From assembly GCA_046563655.1 (NCBI GenBank), contig CM102287.1, forward strand, positions 6,510,001 through 6,574,000: a DNA stretch of 64,000 nt, read 5' to 3'. Below the pieces are notes generated by a model, which did not search any database, had not been told where the DNA came from, and saw nothing but the letters and a program-made list of their open reading frames with translations. Source of the DNA: Yuukianura sp. NJ FZ-2021 (Eukaryota). The position numbers and the translations under genes were made by a program. Positions 1-13,763 of the stretch are shown piece after piece. Position 1 is the first letter of the stretch; each line of letters begins with the position of its first letter.

Positions 1-1366
1 AATTTCGTCCGGAGATTCAATAAAATTTAAATCATCATTCGCATTTTTAAACGACTTACACCGAAAATGCTAAACAATGTGAACACATAAATTTTAAATA
101 AGAAATTACTTTAAAGTGTATTTTCTAAACCAAATTGTAACGAATTGCATTGACATTTTTTTTACACAAAAATTCCCTTGATATTTGAAGGTAGCCTTTT
201 ACCGAAATTTGTTTTAGTACGTCCGGGTAAATTTTACATACTTCGGTCGTACTTTACAATCTCAAACATAATATGGAAACCCCTATCAAAACCTACGACT
301 TTCGTCGGGAACCTCAAAATGAAACTACGAAACTATAAAGTTAGGGTATTGCATATAAAAAAAAATTAATACAAAGAAAGTGTAAGGTTAACAGATATTA
401 ATTGAGAACAGAAGAGAATTTGTCAATTTGAAAACTGAAATTACAACCAAAAAATGTAAATTGTTTAGTCTACTTAAACATAATAGAAGTATAAAACAGG
501 ATTCATGCATGAAGTAATGTTGATTCCCTCCAAAATGTACAGTGTCCACTACAGATGTACATCACAATTATGTCTTTTAAAAAAAACTCTAAAGTTATAC
601 CAGGCGCATAAATTCCAATAAAAAAAAAACAATTATAAAAGGAAATGATAAACCATTCTATTTTTGAGCTCAAGGACACCCCCTTATCAAAATTAATTGA
701 GCAATGAAAAAGTAACTTGTGTTTCATCAGAAAAATACTTGTTTTATATATAAAGAATTGGCAACAATTTTCCAATTGCTCATTGTGTATCCCAATTTAT
801 CAAAAACAATGAAAAGTTGTAAAATGATGTAGAAAGTTGGTTAAAAAATTGAACACTCTACCTTACATAGTAATGCCTACTTGAGAATCCAAATTCCCAA
901 GTTATTAGAGTAGCATACAATCTAATGGATAAATTTTCAATTTAGGATAAAGCTGAAATCTATAAGAACTTGAGCCACGTATAAAAGTACAAAGATGTAA
1001 ACTACAGAGGTATAAAAATATTTACACAATAATTTAACTGTACAAACAACAACGCATTAAAAATTATGAAGGAATGACAGTGTAACCAACGTGTTGCAAA
1101 GATTAACCTAAGCAGAGGAAAGATTCGTAGCTCCCATTGGTGCGAATCTTCATCTCTCTCAACGCAGTTAACAAGATCAAAGGAAATCTGAACCCTATCG
1201 CAGTGATAGGAATGATTGCATTAAATTTGTGATTATTTGTTTTAGATCTAATCTGTGGGATGAAAATTTCTTTTGCAGGTTCGAATCGTCATGCACAAGC
1301 ACGGGCTGCCTCTAGTCCCAGTTCTCTTCGTCCATTCCATAGCTGTTGTGTCCAGGCTTTGAGGAA

Positions 1367-4185
1367 CTACTCTGATAGGTTGGAGCCTTTGGAAACTTCG
1401 GTTTGGGTCGAAGAGGTGGTTTTGAAGGAGCCATTCGGTTCTTTCCACCACTTCCGCCAGCTTTCCTCCGAATGTTGCGGCAGTTTCATTTGTCGGTCCA
1501 CTTTTATTGGAGGTGAAATGGTAAATGCCTTAGGCGTATCTGGCGGGAGTTCAAAAGTGAAGCCCATTTTAGGTTGTGATGAAGGGAGTCCCATAGCCAT
1601 AGCCATTGGCCTTCCATGACCTTCTCCTTCAACAGTTTCGCATCCTACAGTAGACAGCGTTGAATCGCTTTCGTCGCAGCTAACATAGTTAGGTGGAGCT
1701 CCCTTCAGCATCGATTCCATAAATCCAATTTGATTAGGATTCGTCATTTGTTCGTCCGTGGGGACCGGAAGTGGGGCTCCTGGTAGGCCGTGGGCAGTTA
1801 TAGCGTCGCTGTAGTTCTGTTCTGGTGGTTTCAACTGGAGTACGGGGTTTGCTGTCACTGCAAGTTTACGAATAAATGATCGAAATTGGTAATCGACCAA
1901 ATTTTTCTCCAGGAAATACAGCATGAACCAGTCTCCGTAGCTTATCTTCAAGGAGATGATTTTGTTGATACTGCGCGATTTTGTTTCCTTCCCACGAGAA
2001 GTAAGAACGGTGTATGTTCTGGCCATTTCGATATCTTCTCTGCAGACTTTTGCAACAAAACGGCGGTAGGTATATTTACGGCAGGGTGGAAGCACGAAGA
2101 ATATGAAGTAGACAAAATGAAAAACGTTGATCAGCAACACGAATAGGATCCACCACCAGAGAAAGAAGAAACTCCATTGGGTAAAGTTGTTCATTGGTAA
2201 CTGGCATTGAGCGGCCTGAAATAAAAAAATTAAAAACAAAACAATTCAATAATGATATCCAATTTCCAATTCACAACAAATAGGAAACTAAATAGCGTAG
2301 TAAGGGTAGGGTGCATCGGTAAAACTCAATTACCGACGAGTTCCTAAGTTAGAAAATGTGCAAAATACAAAGCAAATGGCAATTGCACAAACGGGGGTTA
2401 GAAATTCTCCTTACTCTGAGGTCCTAATGTAATTACAAAATCTACCATATTTGCAAATGGGTAGATTTTGCAATGACAATAGGACCTCAGAGTGAAGAAA
2501 TTTTCTAACCCCGTTTGTGCAATTGCCAATTATTTTGTATTTTGTACATTTTCTAAGTTAGGAAATCTTCTGTACATCGTGTTTCGTAGGCACCCAGCAT
2601 TCATTCCTTCATTACCTTCACTTCCAAATCCCCTGTGTAACCATACTTTGCCCATTCGCATTTTGCAATTTTCGGAAACAAGGCATCCATTGGATTTGGC
2701 CAAGGGTCGCCTCCGTCCATAATGAACACGAGAACATCGATTCCGTAGTACCGGTAGTGCTTTCCAATGAAGCCCGAAAGGTAGAGCCAGTTGAACATCG
2801 GCGACAAAAGGGCTAAAACTTTACAAAAGAAATAGTAGGCCGCAACTCCTTGGTTGAACCCCACGGTTTCTATAAAATACGCCGCTCGTGTTGCATCTTG
2901 TTCATCTTCGGTTGGATGGTGACCAACTTCAGTCAAGGATTTTATCTTGTCACCCAGTCCCTTCAGTTTCCAAAGAAACAACGGAAAGAAAGCCACCACA
3001 GCAATTTTCGCAAGCCCAAACCAGAGGTACTTGTAGTATTTTTGCTTCACAAGTTCATCGTCCCCACGAACGTAGCTCCATATCCCTGGGTAGGTAACTT
3101 TTCCACGCATTTTTGGGTCAAGCGCTTTGGCTACAAGGAAGGTTTCGTAGTTCCAGCAGTAGTTATTTAATTCTGATTCGGACCCGCCTCCATAACCTCC
3201 ACCACGTCCAGAGCTACCGGAACTTGGAGTATCTGTACTAGACGTACAGTCAATTTCCACGTTGCGAAAAAACTGATTTGCAAAGCTGAGGCACATGATG
3301 ATTACGATCAATGCTGGTGTATATTTAGTAGATATTTTGAATGGAGTATCAAACGTGACGACCTTCTCGGCCTGTTGAGAAAATAAAACAAAATAATTGT
3401 ACAAAACAATAGCGATTTAATTTAATAAAATAAATGACGATTTTGAACTTATAGGTTTATAGAAAGTATAGAATTTAGCAGGTCCCACGTTTTCCCTCTG
3501 TCACCCCTTTTTTCACGGCTCACGCGGTTGGTCGATTTCAAATATGTGACGTCACTTTCCAAACAATTCTCACTTATGAAGCGTGTTTTAAATTTTGGAA
3601 AGCAGAAAAGTTTAAAAAGTGACGTAACTCCTCACCGTAAATTCTACACTTTCTATAAATTCAACAAATGATTTACAACGCAAACTCCCAAATACACTAT
3701 CGTCGCCAAATGCTTTTGTAATAAAATGATGTTACCTTCACGAACTTCTTTATCATTTTCCATATGTTTGTGGGTATGAAGGACAGCACTGCCGAAATTG
3801 CGGGCGGCATGTTGAAGCCTTCTCGATATGCTTTCTGAAACAAAGTTAATAGAGTCAGGTTTAAACTTGGGAAGATTGATTAATAAATCTTTATAAACTA
3901 CACAAAATAACAATACTATTGTTTTGTATATCTTTCGTAAATACCCCAAAAATACTTGTTTGCTAATAAACTAAACCTTGACCTTACTGTAACGTTACGG
4001 AAGTTTATTATTTGTTTTTGTTAGTAGAATACAAATGGTTACTTGTATTTTTAATAATGCTTTCTCTTCTTTAGCGTCTCTATGCAGCGTGGAGATACAA
4101 ATACATGTAGAAAGTTTCTTACCCGTTGATTCCCTGCTGGTTCCCTAAACTGCCTTTGATCAACGTTTTCTATGTCGAAGTTCAT
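1367..4185 (-). CDS. Divergent innexin (gap-junction/hemichannel protein), probably 3 coding exons (~4185-4123, 3371-2616, 2215-1367)
   Basis: Innexin motifs in spliced ORFs: QFF..IDC, NNYCW, YYKYLWF (canonical YYQWV), YFFCKVL, PMDALFPKIAKC, AQCQLPMN..FFFLWWW, GDWFMLYFLEKNL. Four hydrophobic segments and in-frame GT-AG junctions. The first exon is less certain. Confidence 0.85.
2341..2564. mobile_element. Palindromic MITE-like insertion in an innexin intron
   Basis: Imperfect fold-back of ~224 bp (TTCCTAAGTTAGAAAATGT...ACATTTTCTAAGTTAGGAA; GGCAATTGCACAAACGGGG / CCCCGTTTGTGCAATTGCC). Confidence 0.6.
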
Positions 4186-6649
4186 AGAACTTAACCAGTT
4201 TTCTTATAAATTCAACTAATTTTAAGCAATAAAATAACTTATTTGCGAATCCGAATGATTTTAACTCTTCCAATTGATTAATAATCAATGATTATTCTTA
4301 TATGTTTCTTGGACACCAGGCGTTAAAACAAATACTGATCCTGAATTACTTCTGAGAGCATGGCCGAATGTAAGACAAGAGTCAAGTGTCAAGTCCAAAT
4401 TTTATCATTTGCAAACTCATCATAACTGGTCTGGACGAAGACTTCGCAAGAGTCCTTGCTTAATCCCCACCTCGTAAGTAGGTGGGGACTAATCCTCAGC
4501 AAGAAACGCATAACCTCAAATGAGTAATTCTCAATAGTAAAGCTAAATACATGATTAATTATGTCGCTTTAAACTGAAACTGACACACAAGTCGTAATGT
4601 CAAATGTAACTTCGATAGCATTTTTATTTAATGTTCAACCAAACTCTACACAATTATTGCTGCTATATTTCCAAAAGGAATTCAGCATCCGAGGGAAAAC
4701 TCGTCCGAGTTTTCAGAGAATTAGTAACAGTCTCTACAGGATGACAAGACGATTTGCCCTTACTCATCTCATCAGCTTCCTGCGATGCATGAGCGAATTC
4801 AAGTCATAGTTATTACTCAATTCCTGCAACCTAACGTATGCGCGAATTCATCGCTTCTTGTGTTTGTACTCGTTTTAGCAGTCTTCTAATCTAATCTGCC
4901 ACTTCCCAAACGAAGAATGACCACCCCTTCAAGTTTGTGTCTTCCTCTTAACCTAATGTTCTTGTCCTATCTTCTCTTTTGAATTCTTCATCTTGTTGAT
5001 ACGATTGTAACCACTAACATGTTGAATTTTTGTGCAAAATTTTACCAACTTCAACTTCAGGGTTAAATACAAAGAAAAAATTCACAACATATCTTGGGAA
5101 GGAAGGTTGCCATTAAGGGAAAAGGAAAAGCAATGCCATAATAAACGCGGTTGTAATAAATCTGATTGCCTTGCGAAAAAGCTTGGAAAAAATTAATGTG
5201 TTGGATACGAACTAAATAGTAAACGTTGCTAGCAAAATCAGTTTTTGACTTTTGAATGAGAAGAGAGGGAAGGTCGTCCAGAAAAACTTTCGAATGACAA
5301 TATTTTCCCCGTTTTGAGACAGCATTGCAGAAAATTTGTAAATTCCATAATGTTAACATTATAAAAACGTTTGATCGTCGTATCTAACCCATTCATGATT
5401 CAGTTTTTTTTGCGTTTATAAAGCTCATCGCCCCTCCTTGAAGGCGTACCTCATTCCTTTTGCGCCATGATGTCATCGACATGATGACTAAAACGTGACT
5501 GTTGTATTTACGATGAAACAAGAACTGATTTAATCATTTCAGTCAAAACGTTTTGTAACTTTAAGGGCTGTATCCAGTCCCAGCACAAACAGGGAATTAC
5601 GGCTAGTTCATTTTAATTATTAATATTAATTGATATCTAACTAGTTATGACATTTATGCCGCCGTATATGCTTGTCATAATTTTAAGCTAAACAAGCGTA
5701 TGTCAATGTCAGCGTAGATTTGCATACCCAGTGTAAGGAAGCGAAGTTTGTTGACCTAATTCTCTTTCGCATATTCGCTTTCCTGCAAGTTAATATACTA
5801 TGGCTGTTGACTTGTTAGCCTTGGGCGAGGTTATTGACTTAATAGTTTATGTGAAACCACATTTGACAAGTTGGTACTGACAATCTGCACAACTTTTCAA
5901 AAAATTTAAATTGCTAACATTGACATCCAACCTAACCTGCCTAGCTAAAAATATTTGCAACCGAGTCAACCATTTCCAAGACACTAGGGCTGAACAGTTC
6001 TGCTGAACAGTTCCCGCTTCTTTACATACTTTGATACCATATTTATTGTGAGTTTCATAAGTGACTGGGACTGGATTTCTCAAGTTCTTGGATACTTATA
6101 AGTTTTCTCTAGTTCTTAAAAATTGGGTTACACTATAACGTTTCGCTGCTCAGCAAACACCATATTCTGAGAAACATCTTTGACTAGACCTAATCCAGCT
6201 AAGATCCTCCAATCAGTGGATACAAGCTTCCGAATGGTTTTCCATAGTTGACATTAATGTTGAAAATGCCCAAGGGCCCGCCACTTTTGACCGTAGCCGT
6301 AGTAGGAGGAAGTGTTGCTGTGGATGGGCGAAAGGAAAGGAACCTCTTAAGAAATGCCTGCTGAATGTTGAGAACAAAAGAAAACTTAAACCTAACCCAA
6401 CCTTTCTGTATAAAAACCAAAGTGCCTAAGGACCTGTCCCTGTTCATAAGGATTTCCAAAAATATTTCACAGCTTCAACAAAATATGTCGTTCACTCTAC
6501 GCGGAACAACCTATTCACGAGTAATCTTATTTTCCGCACTTCCAAAAAATTCGGAGTACATATAATACAAATCATGGGGCAGAAATGCTATTTTAGGCTC
6601 TCACAAATCGAAAATTAAAAAATATTATACACTTCTAATTCTATTCTGT

Positions 6650-6702
6650 AATTCTAAGCATCCTTCACTTGAAGATTTTTCAAGTGAAGGATGCTTAGAA
6701 TT
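6650..6702. repeat. Perfect 24-bp inverted repeat with a 5-nt loop
   Basis: AATTCTAAGCATCCTTCACTTGAA-GATTT-TTCAAGTGAAGGATGCTTAGAATT. Confidence 0.9.
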
Positions 6703-8254
6703 AATTTTTTCAATTTCAATTTTAGTTTTCAATGAAAAATATTTTCAACGTAACAAGGTAAAATGCAATTCGGATTGCTGAGGAATTCACAATGTCCCGA
6801 CTTAATTTCCACGTCACAACCTAGCCTAACGACCTAACCTAATCTTTTTCTTGAATTTGAATTTGAATCAACGAAAAAAAAACACGAGAAAACAACGAAA
6901 ACGGACGAAAACAAAAACAAACCTATCTTAGAGGAACCAAAATCGTCAACTTAAGCAATTTTTGCAGCTTTCTCTCACTGGGATCTGGACAAGTTTCGAG
7001 AATGTTGTGACTTACATCGCCTAACTTCGGTCGTATATTCCTGACGACCCTTAAACTTGTCACTAAAAACGAAAAGTGGTTCCGTTCTTAAACCTATCAA
7101 GCAAGACATTGCATCCTGCAGTAGACGGTAGAAGTCACAGGTCAAAGGCTAGTTATATCAATTAAGGACTATTACGAAACCTACCTAACCCTTGACCTGA
7201 ACCCTGAACCAAAGTTCACAGGATCTCGTATTATACATGCCTAATGATAATCGTATCGATTGAGTTGAACAATTTTATGCTTGTCTTTTCGTATACGGTT
7301 CATTATGCTATGGTTAGTCCTTAAGGTGGTTAGTGCCAACCTCCCTTGTCTTTTATGTGATCCTAGACGAAATGCTTAGTCAAACCTGGCATAAACGAAT
7401 ACTAAAATCCCGTTAACTAAATATTTCCAAATCTCTGGTATCAAAACTACCTAATACTTCGGTCCTTGACTAGTTGAAGGCTTCAACTTGAAGCGTAGGT
7501 TTGGCTAGTTTTAGAAAACCTAACTTTTTGTCAGATGGGTACTTAAAATCTCGTACATGGGAGAGCATGGAGTTTGTTTGCTAGAGATAAGTGGACCAAA
7601 GCTTGATAAATACCAGCGAATTAAATTTAAAAAGTAGTTTGGAATTTGGAGATAGCATTTTTTCATCCGACAACTTAACGTAATTCAATCTAATCTTTTA
7701 AAAACTAATCTAATAGTGTAAACTGAACAGACTCTTACGTATGAAACTCGTTGTTAGTAGATAAAGTCCGGTCAAATGAAGTGAGAAGACGGTCCTTGAA
7801 GATGGCTTTTTGAGATCTTGAAGACGTCCTTCCGCTTTCCGTAGTTACGACACACTGGTTTCCACGCCAATGGTCCAGACTACTGTTAAAGTTTGCCCCC
7901 GAAAACGTAGAATTAACGTTTTAATTCCAATGGACCAATGGACGGAATGGCAGTGCCACTGAACTATAGCCACACTTCTAGAACCGAGTCACCATAGCTT
8001 TTGGAATCGAAATACCAATTAGGGAAGAATGTTCTTTCTCTGGCTCTGGCCGCGTAGTATATACTGGTCTCATTTCTATATTCTTCCGTGGAGTGGTACT
8101 ATCGTCCCAGTTCGACAACGGAACCAACCCACCTCGTCTTATTGTTTCTGTTCCTTTAAGTTTGCATCCTCCTTCATGGTCCCTACACTATTTGACTCCA
8201 TTGTCTCCTCGCCTCGAATCTCCCCCTCATTTCCCTCCGACGAACACATGCATA

Positions 8255-9250
8255 TGGGGGGAGATTTGCTGGTAAACGACAGAATTCTATCCACAGAAAC
8301 ACGAAAAACGGGCCATTCATGTTGCGGAGAATGCTACTATGTAGAATCGTGACAGGGAATTCTGTCGCGGAAAATCCTGGTAAGCTTATTTGCGAAAAAT
8401 GTCGACAGCTAATTGTCGACAGACGAGAAAAGCTGATAGCCAATTCCTAATGTAGCAAATTTTGGTTGGAGAGTAGCAATGGGGTCCGTTTTTCTTTTAG
8501 TGTGAGCTATGTTTATCAAATCAGGACACAGTGCACAGTCCCTGAGTTAGGTTAGGTTAGGTGTTGAAGGTGCACTGTGTCCTGATTTGATAACCTAACT
8601 CACACTAAAAGAAAAACGGACCCCATTGCTACTCTCCAACCCAAATTTTACCCCTTATTTAGTATTGGAAAAAAATCGAGTCGTGTTTTCGCAACAGGAA
8701 GCTTCATGTAACTTACTAAGAAATGTAGTGCACTGCGCCAAATTGAATTCTATTGTTCGGTTTACTTATCCTATCCCCTACCTCTTCCAATGTAGTGTGA
8801 CACTACACTTGCGCGGAAGTGTTGGCGTAAACGGAATTAACTAAGTCACTAACTAATTAACTAGCGCTACCATTTCTCGTAATGATCAGAAAATTTAATT
8901 AAGTAGCCTCCCATTGATGTCAATGGTCAATGTAATTTACTTTATAAACTTCTCATAGATTCCCGAATCATTATGGACAGCCACTTTATGGACCTATACA
9001 CATATTCACGGACACTCGTGGAGGACACCTTATATAAGTGCTTAGGTTAACCTCGGTTCTTACTTTCTAATTTAGCGACAGAAATTAGCAATAAGGGTTT
9101 TTCGCAACAGAAATTTGCTGGTTGTATTTTTCGCAATAGGAATTACCTGTTACGATTCTACAAAAAGCAATCTCGGCAACAGCAATAACTCGTTTTTTTG
9201 TGTTCCTATTGCGGAAAAGATGATATTGTCTATCAGCAATTCTCCCCCCA
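8255..9250. mobile_element. Putative non-autonomous TIR element with an internal palindrome (8457-8648) centred on (GTTAG)n
   Basis: Left end TGGGGGGAGATTTGCTGGTAAAC matches the reverse complement of the right end, TGGGGGGAGAATTGCTGATAGAC, and both ends are flanked by TA. The internal fold-back GAGTAGCAATGGGGTCCG...CGGACCCCATTGCTACTC surrounds GTTAGGTTAGGTTAGG. Confidence 0.5.
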
Positions 9251-9652
9251 TACAAGCATTCGAAAAAAGTCGAAAGGATCATCGGACGCCATAGGTCCTA
9301 GACGTAAAATGGGTTTCTTCCCTTCTTCTATGGCAGTCTGTGCCGATCGCGGTGTACAGCAGCCCGCTCGTATTGTTGCCTTTGCAAAGTTTAAATTAGA
9401 AAAGACACGATTGGATGGGATGAAACTTTAATTGCCAGGGATGTCAAATATATGTGCTAATAACCCCAGAAATATTTATTTAAATATGTAGCGAAAAGCC
9501 ACATTATATATATTTACTAAAAATAGGATATTAACTAAAAATTTAGACTAATTTCCTCCTGCGAGAAGCTTTTCTTAGCTTCAAACTCACAAGCATAGGT
9601 ACGTTAGATTTAAGTTTCTGTGTCGTAAACCAAATGGGATCAATCAGCAGAT

Positions 9653-10100
9653 TTTTTTTTCAAAATTTGGTCAAAATCTGAGGATAACTTTTTAAAATTT
9701 CTAAAAATACTATATATTTTTGGGAATTAAGCAGCGAAGAGTTTGTCTCTCTATCGCTTTGCGTTCGCAAGTTATAAATTTTCAAATTTTTTGAAAATTA
9801 AAATAAAACTTTGAAGATTTATATCTCAAGAACGGAAAGCGATAGAGACCTAATTCCTTCGCCTAAAACTTTCAATAAATATGAAGAATTTTTAGAAATA
9901 TTGAAAACTCCAATATGGAACATCAAGTTTTTCATCAAGTTTTGAAAAAATCCATGAAGTAAAGTTCCATAGCTTTTTTTTCAAAATTTGGTCAAAATCT
10001 GAGGGTATCTTTTTAAAATTTCTAAAAATACGATATATTTTTGTGAACTCTGCGAAGATTTTTCCTCTCTATCGCTTTGCGTTCCCAAGTTATGAATTTT
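9653..10100. repeat. Direct/inverted duplicated repeat block, probably a TE remnant
   Basis: TTTTTTTTCAAAATTTGGTCAAAATCTGAGG...CTCTATCGCTTTGCGTTC occurs at ~9653 and ~9974, with an inverted copy (GAACGGAAAGCGATAGAG) between them. Confidence 0.55.
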
Positions 10101-10590
10101 TCTTGTTAGCAAACCGTACGTTCTAAACTTCTTGGACCGAAAGTTTCAACCAATCCTGGGATTGAAAAGCGCGGATGCGGAAGTCGGCTTTGAGCTTTGA
10201 GATATACTTTTTAACTTTCAGAGTCTGAAGTTCAGGCTTTTAGTCAGGCCCGTATTTTAAAAAATAAATTACTATACTATACAAGTGAATTTTTCCTCAC
10301 ACCCATCACTCCGTTAAAAAAAATATAGTAACTGCAACTCTATGTAAGTGTATGTTTAAATCAACATCTTCAAAAATTACACGGAAAGGTACGCCATGTA
10401 CGCAATGGTAGAGGATATATGACAAAAAGAAAGGCAGAAATTAAATCGCTTGTTTTTATTTTCAGTTCTGGTTTCTGGTCACACGATAGCAGGTGAGAAA
10501 GCATTGGACTGAAAAAGCTCCCCGCTAAACAGTCGTCATTACCGTTGGATTTCGATTTCGTATTTTAATCGAAGTGGAAAAAGCGTTCTG

Positions 10591-13242
10591 ATGTCTTATT
10601 CAAGTAATCGCAGCCAGTACGACCATGCGAGGGGTGGTGGAATTGGACCAAAAGCTCCTCCACCACCGGTGTTGAAGGACTTTCATGAAAGTAGGAGCAG
10701 CGGGTAAGTTGGTCCGGGTGAATTGCAGTTATTCGGCCAGAGTTAGAAAGTGCAGGAGTAGGGTATATGAAATTACGATTCTAATGTACACCTATTTAAA
10801 CAAGCACCAATTTTGATACAGGCGTCACGGGAGGTTCGGTTCCTCGCGCTCAAGATCAAGATCGCCGGGGAGTCAGCGCAGGCATACAACTGGACCCGGG
10901 CAGCGAAGCACCCGACATGATAATTCAAATTCTCGTACTGGAGGATATGGCAATAGCGAGCGGGAAAGAGGAAGAGGAGGTTCAAGAAGACGTTCGCGAT
11001 CTCGAAGCACAAATGTGTATGTCAATGGCAATGATCTTGGGTTTAACTTGAACACTAAATAAGTAATTTTTCGTTTGACCCGTAGCAGATCTTCTACCAT
11101 ATCGAGAGAAGAGCCAACCTCCTCCAATTCGTTTCCCACTTACATTGGAGTCACGGACGATCCGAAATCTCGCCCATCTGTACCGCAACAGCAACTGATA
11201 AGTCGCATTGCACCGGTTGATCCTAGCACTAGTACAATTGTACGTACAATTCTGAATCCAGAATTAGTAAAAATACCGAGGAGAGAAAACGAAGGACTGA
11301 AACCAATTTTTGATCGAGATGAACTGCGCGACGCTATTAAGCGTCGCATGGAATGCGGCGACAATGAGCAAAACCCCAATTATCCAGAACAGCGTGTTGT
11401 GGCCATTATAAGGTAAAGACATTTGATTCGCTACCATTCGATCTTCGTCATTGTAAGGGGAATGCAAAACTACTAAAATGTACTTGGAAGTTTAGTTGAT
11501 ATGGGTGATAAAATCTAATAGTAATCTAATCATTGTGTTTGAAATCCATTTTAAGGGAACCTTTGCCAATGCAACCACAGTTTGTGCAGCAGGAAATCAT
11601 CCCTATACTTCCAACGCAATACATGCCAGAACAATTGATTCAACAGCCCACTAACCCTAGATTTGAGACATCTACTGGTGTTACTTACTCATACTCCAAG
11701 GAACCATCACGCTCCCGTTCTCCTGCTAGACAAGAACTACGTCCGGACCGGGACCGTCCGAACAAGCGCGGAGGGTCGCACAGAGTGGAGCGGGCTCCCC
11801 GCGATACGTTTCGATCAAGACGAGGTTCCAGTCCAGTTCGGCGGAGCACACGTTCGCGGTCTGGCTCTCCTGTTGCACGAGTTGATCGAGTAAGTGTGCT
11901 ATTGTTTTTTATATAAATTCAGGAAGTAATAGGTTCGAACGTAGAACGAACGATACCTAACTTACACTCTAAGCGTTCATCGAAAAGTTCGAATTCAATT
12001 TCCATTTACATTTAAAAATTCGCAAATCGCAGTCGAGTCGATTCGTCTCCCTCGCCTTTATAGTAAGATATTTGCCACAGTATTTGCTTTTGCTTTAGGT
12101 AAGCAAAACCAAACACTGTGTTCATAGTTGCAGAGAATTATGTATCAATTTTCGTTTTGTTTAGAGAGAAAATGAGATGTTACCAGTTCAAGAAATTGTA
12201 CAATGTCGTCATTGCGGAATGTCGGGACACGATCGGGAGAATTGCAGACAGCGTGCCAAAGAACTGGCTTTGGTGAAAGGGAAAGTGTGGACTACGGCTC
12301 CATGTATGCACTGCCGAAAAATGGGACATTATAGTGCAAACTGCTGGTTCAAACCTTAAGATAGTAGTTGCATGAGATAAATGTCTTTATTAGATGAGAA
12401 AAGTTTAAAATGCATTTCCAAAATTAGATGAGTTACTAACCTTGTTGTTACTAGTAATGTGTTTTGAAACAGCAAGGTTGTGACTGTGAGTGACACGGCT
12501 TTTCCACCAGCAATTTTTTAGTACGGGAAATTTTCGTACATGCTAAAACAAGTTATAAATTATAATAAATAAGCATACAGAAATAAGGAGAAATATTAGC
12601 TTTCGTGGTCGACAAATGCTGAGTCGGCTTGAGCTGTGTTTCAACGTTAGTTCGAAACGCCATGTTCCTGTTTGTGACATAAGCCACTGTGACTGTCAGT
12701 TACAAGTTTTTACTGGAATGTAATACATATTTTTTGTTTCGAACTACCTAGTACTATTACTAATCAGTATCAGTATGATATCTATTTCGATGAACGTTAG
12801 AGGCTTTAGGATCTAACTATATTGTGTTCGTATTTTTAAATGTAACAGTACTTATATTGTAGCACAAATTTGATCGGTTCTATTTTGGTTCAGAGCTTCC
12901 GGATGCCCAGAAACACTGAATTCCCTTCACTCCGAGTACCGTCACACAACATACGAAGAAGTAAGGAGTTATAATAGCGTTAAATCCTAGCGAGTTCAAG
13001 GTATTTCGTGATCTGATGTATACTGAAATTATTACATTTGTAATTTACAGCAGAACGTATTCCAAACCGGGGGCCCTGGAAACATGTAAGTGGCAATCCA
13101 GTCTACGCTTAGGATTTATACCTAATTAGGTCAATTTGATTTATGATTTAACTCATTGTGCCATTAGGACATGTACGGAAGAGACGAGGATGCAACGGAA
13201 GAACGCAGCAGCAGACCCACTCCTGCGGGAAGAGGCGATTAA
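10591..13242 (+). CDS. RS-rich transformer/feminizer-like splicing regulator with a CAM-like motif; alternative C-termini (two CCHC zinc knuckles, stop 12359, or a three-exon tail, stop 13242)
   Basis: ATG 10591 (MSYSSNRS...), RSRS-rich exons, LVKIPRRENEGLKPIFDRDEL (11264-11326) resembling the Tra/Fem CAM motif RRxGEGSKPIFER, a P/Q-rich segment and a second RS tract. The exon at ~12165-12359 encodes CRHCGMSGHDRENC and CMHCRKMGHYSANC (CX2CX4HX4C). Confidence 0.65.
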
Positions 13243-13763
13243 AACAATTTAACTAAACTAACCGCCTAAGGCGATGTGTATAACCTACTAACTGTATTCT
13301 TAATTTCTTAATTCTGAGGCTTCGATACTTCTGGATTTTAATTTTTCATAATTCATGACTACAAGTGTTTATCACTTTTGTAATTCGGGTGAAAATCTTT
13401 AGTAAAGTAGTTTTTTAATTTTTAACCCAAGGAAAACAATCGTGTAATCGACATCGCCACTGAAAATATTTGTAAACATTTGAACCACAGTTCCAGGATT
13501 TTCATGGTGTGATGAGGAAAACAAAAGTCCACCAAAGTGGCAAAATGTATTAATCCACATCTTTTTAATTAATCTTTAATAATAAATCATTAAACTTTAG
13601 AAATGTGCATAAGTAGCATGGATGCAGTATCATAATGTTATGGTAAATTATGTATTTTTCAGTCATCCTGACGTTCGCAAGGGGAAACAGACGGACTGAT
13701 GGAAGGCTCGTCATCATTGATGTGTCATCAATTTGTAGTTACCCTATTGGAACGACGTGTCGG

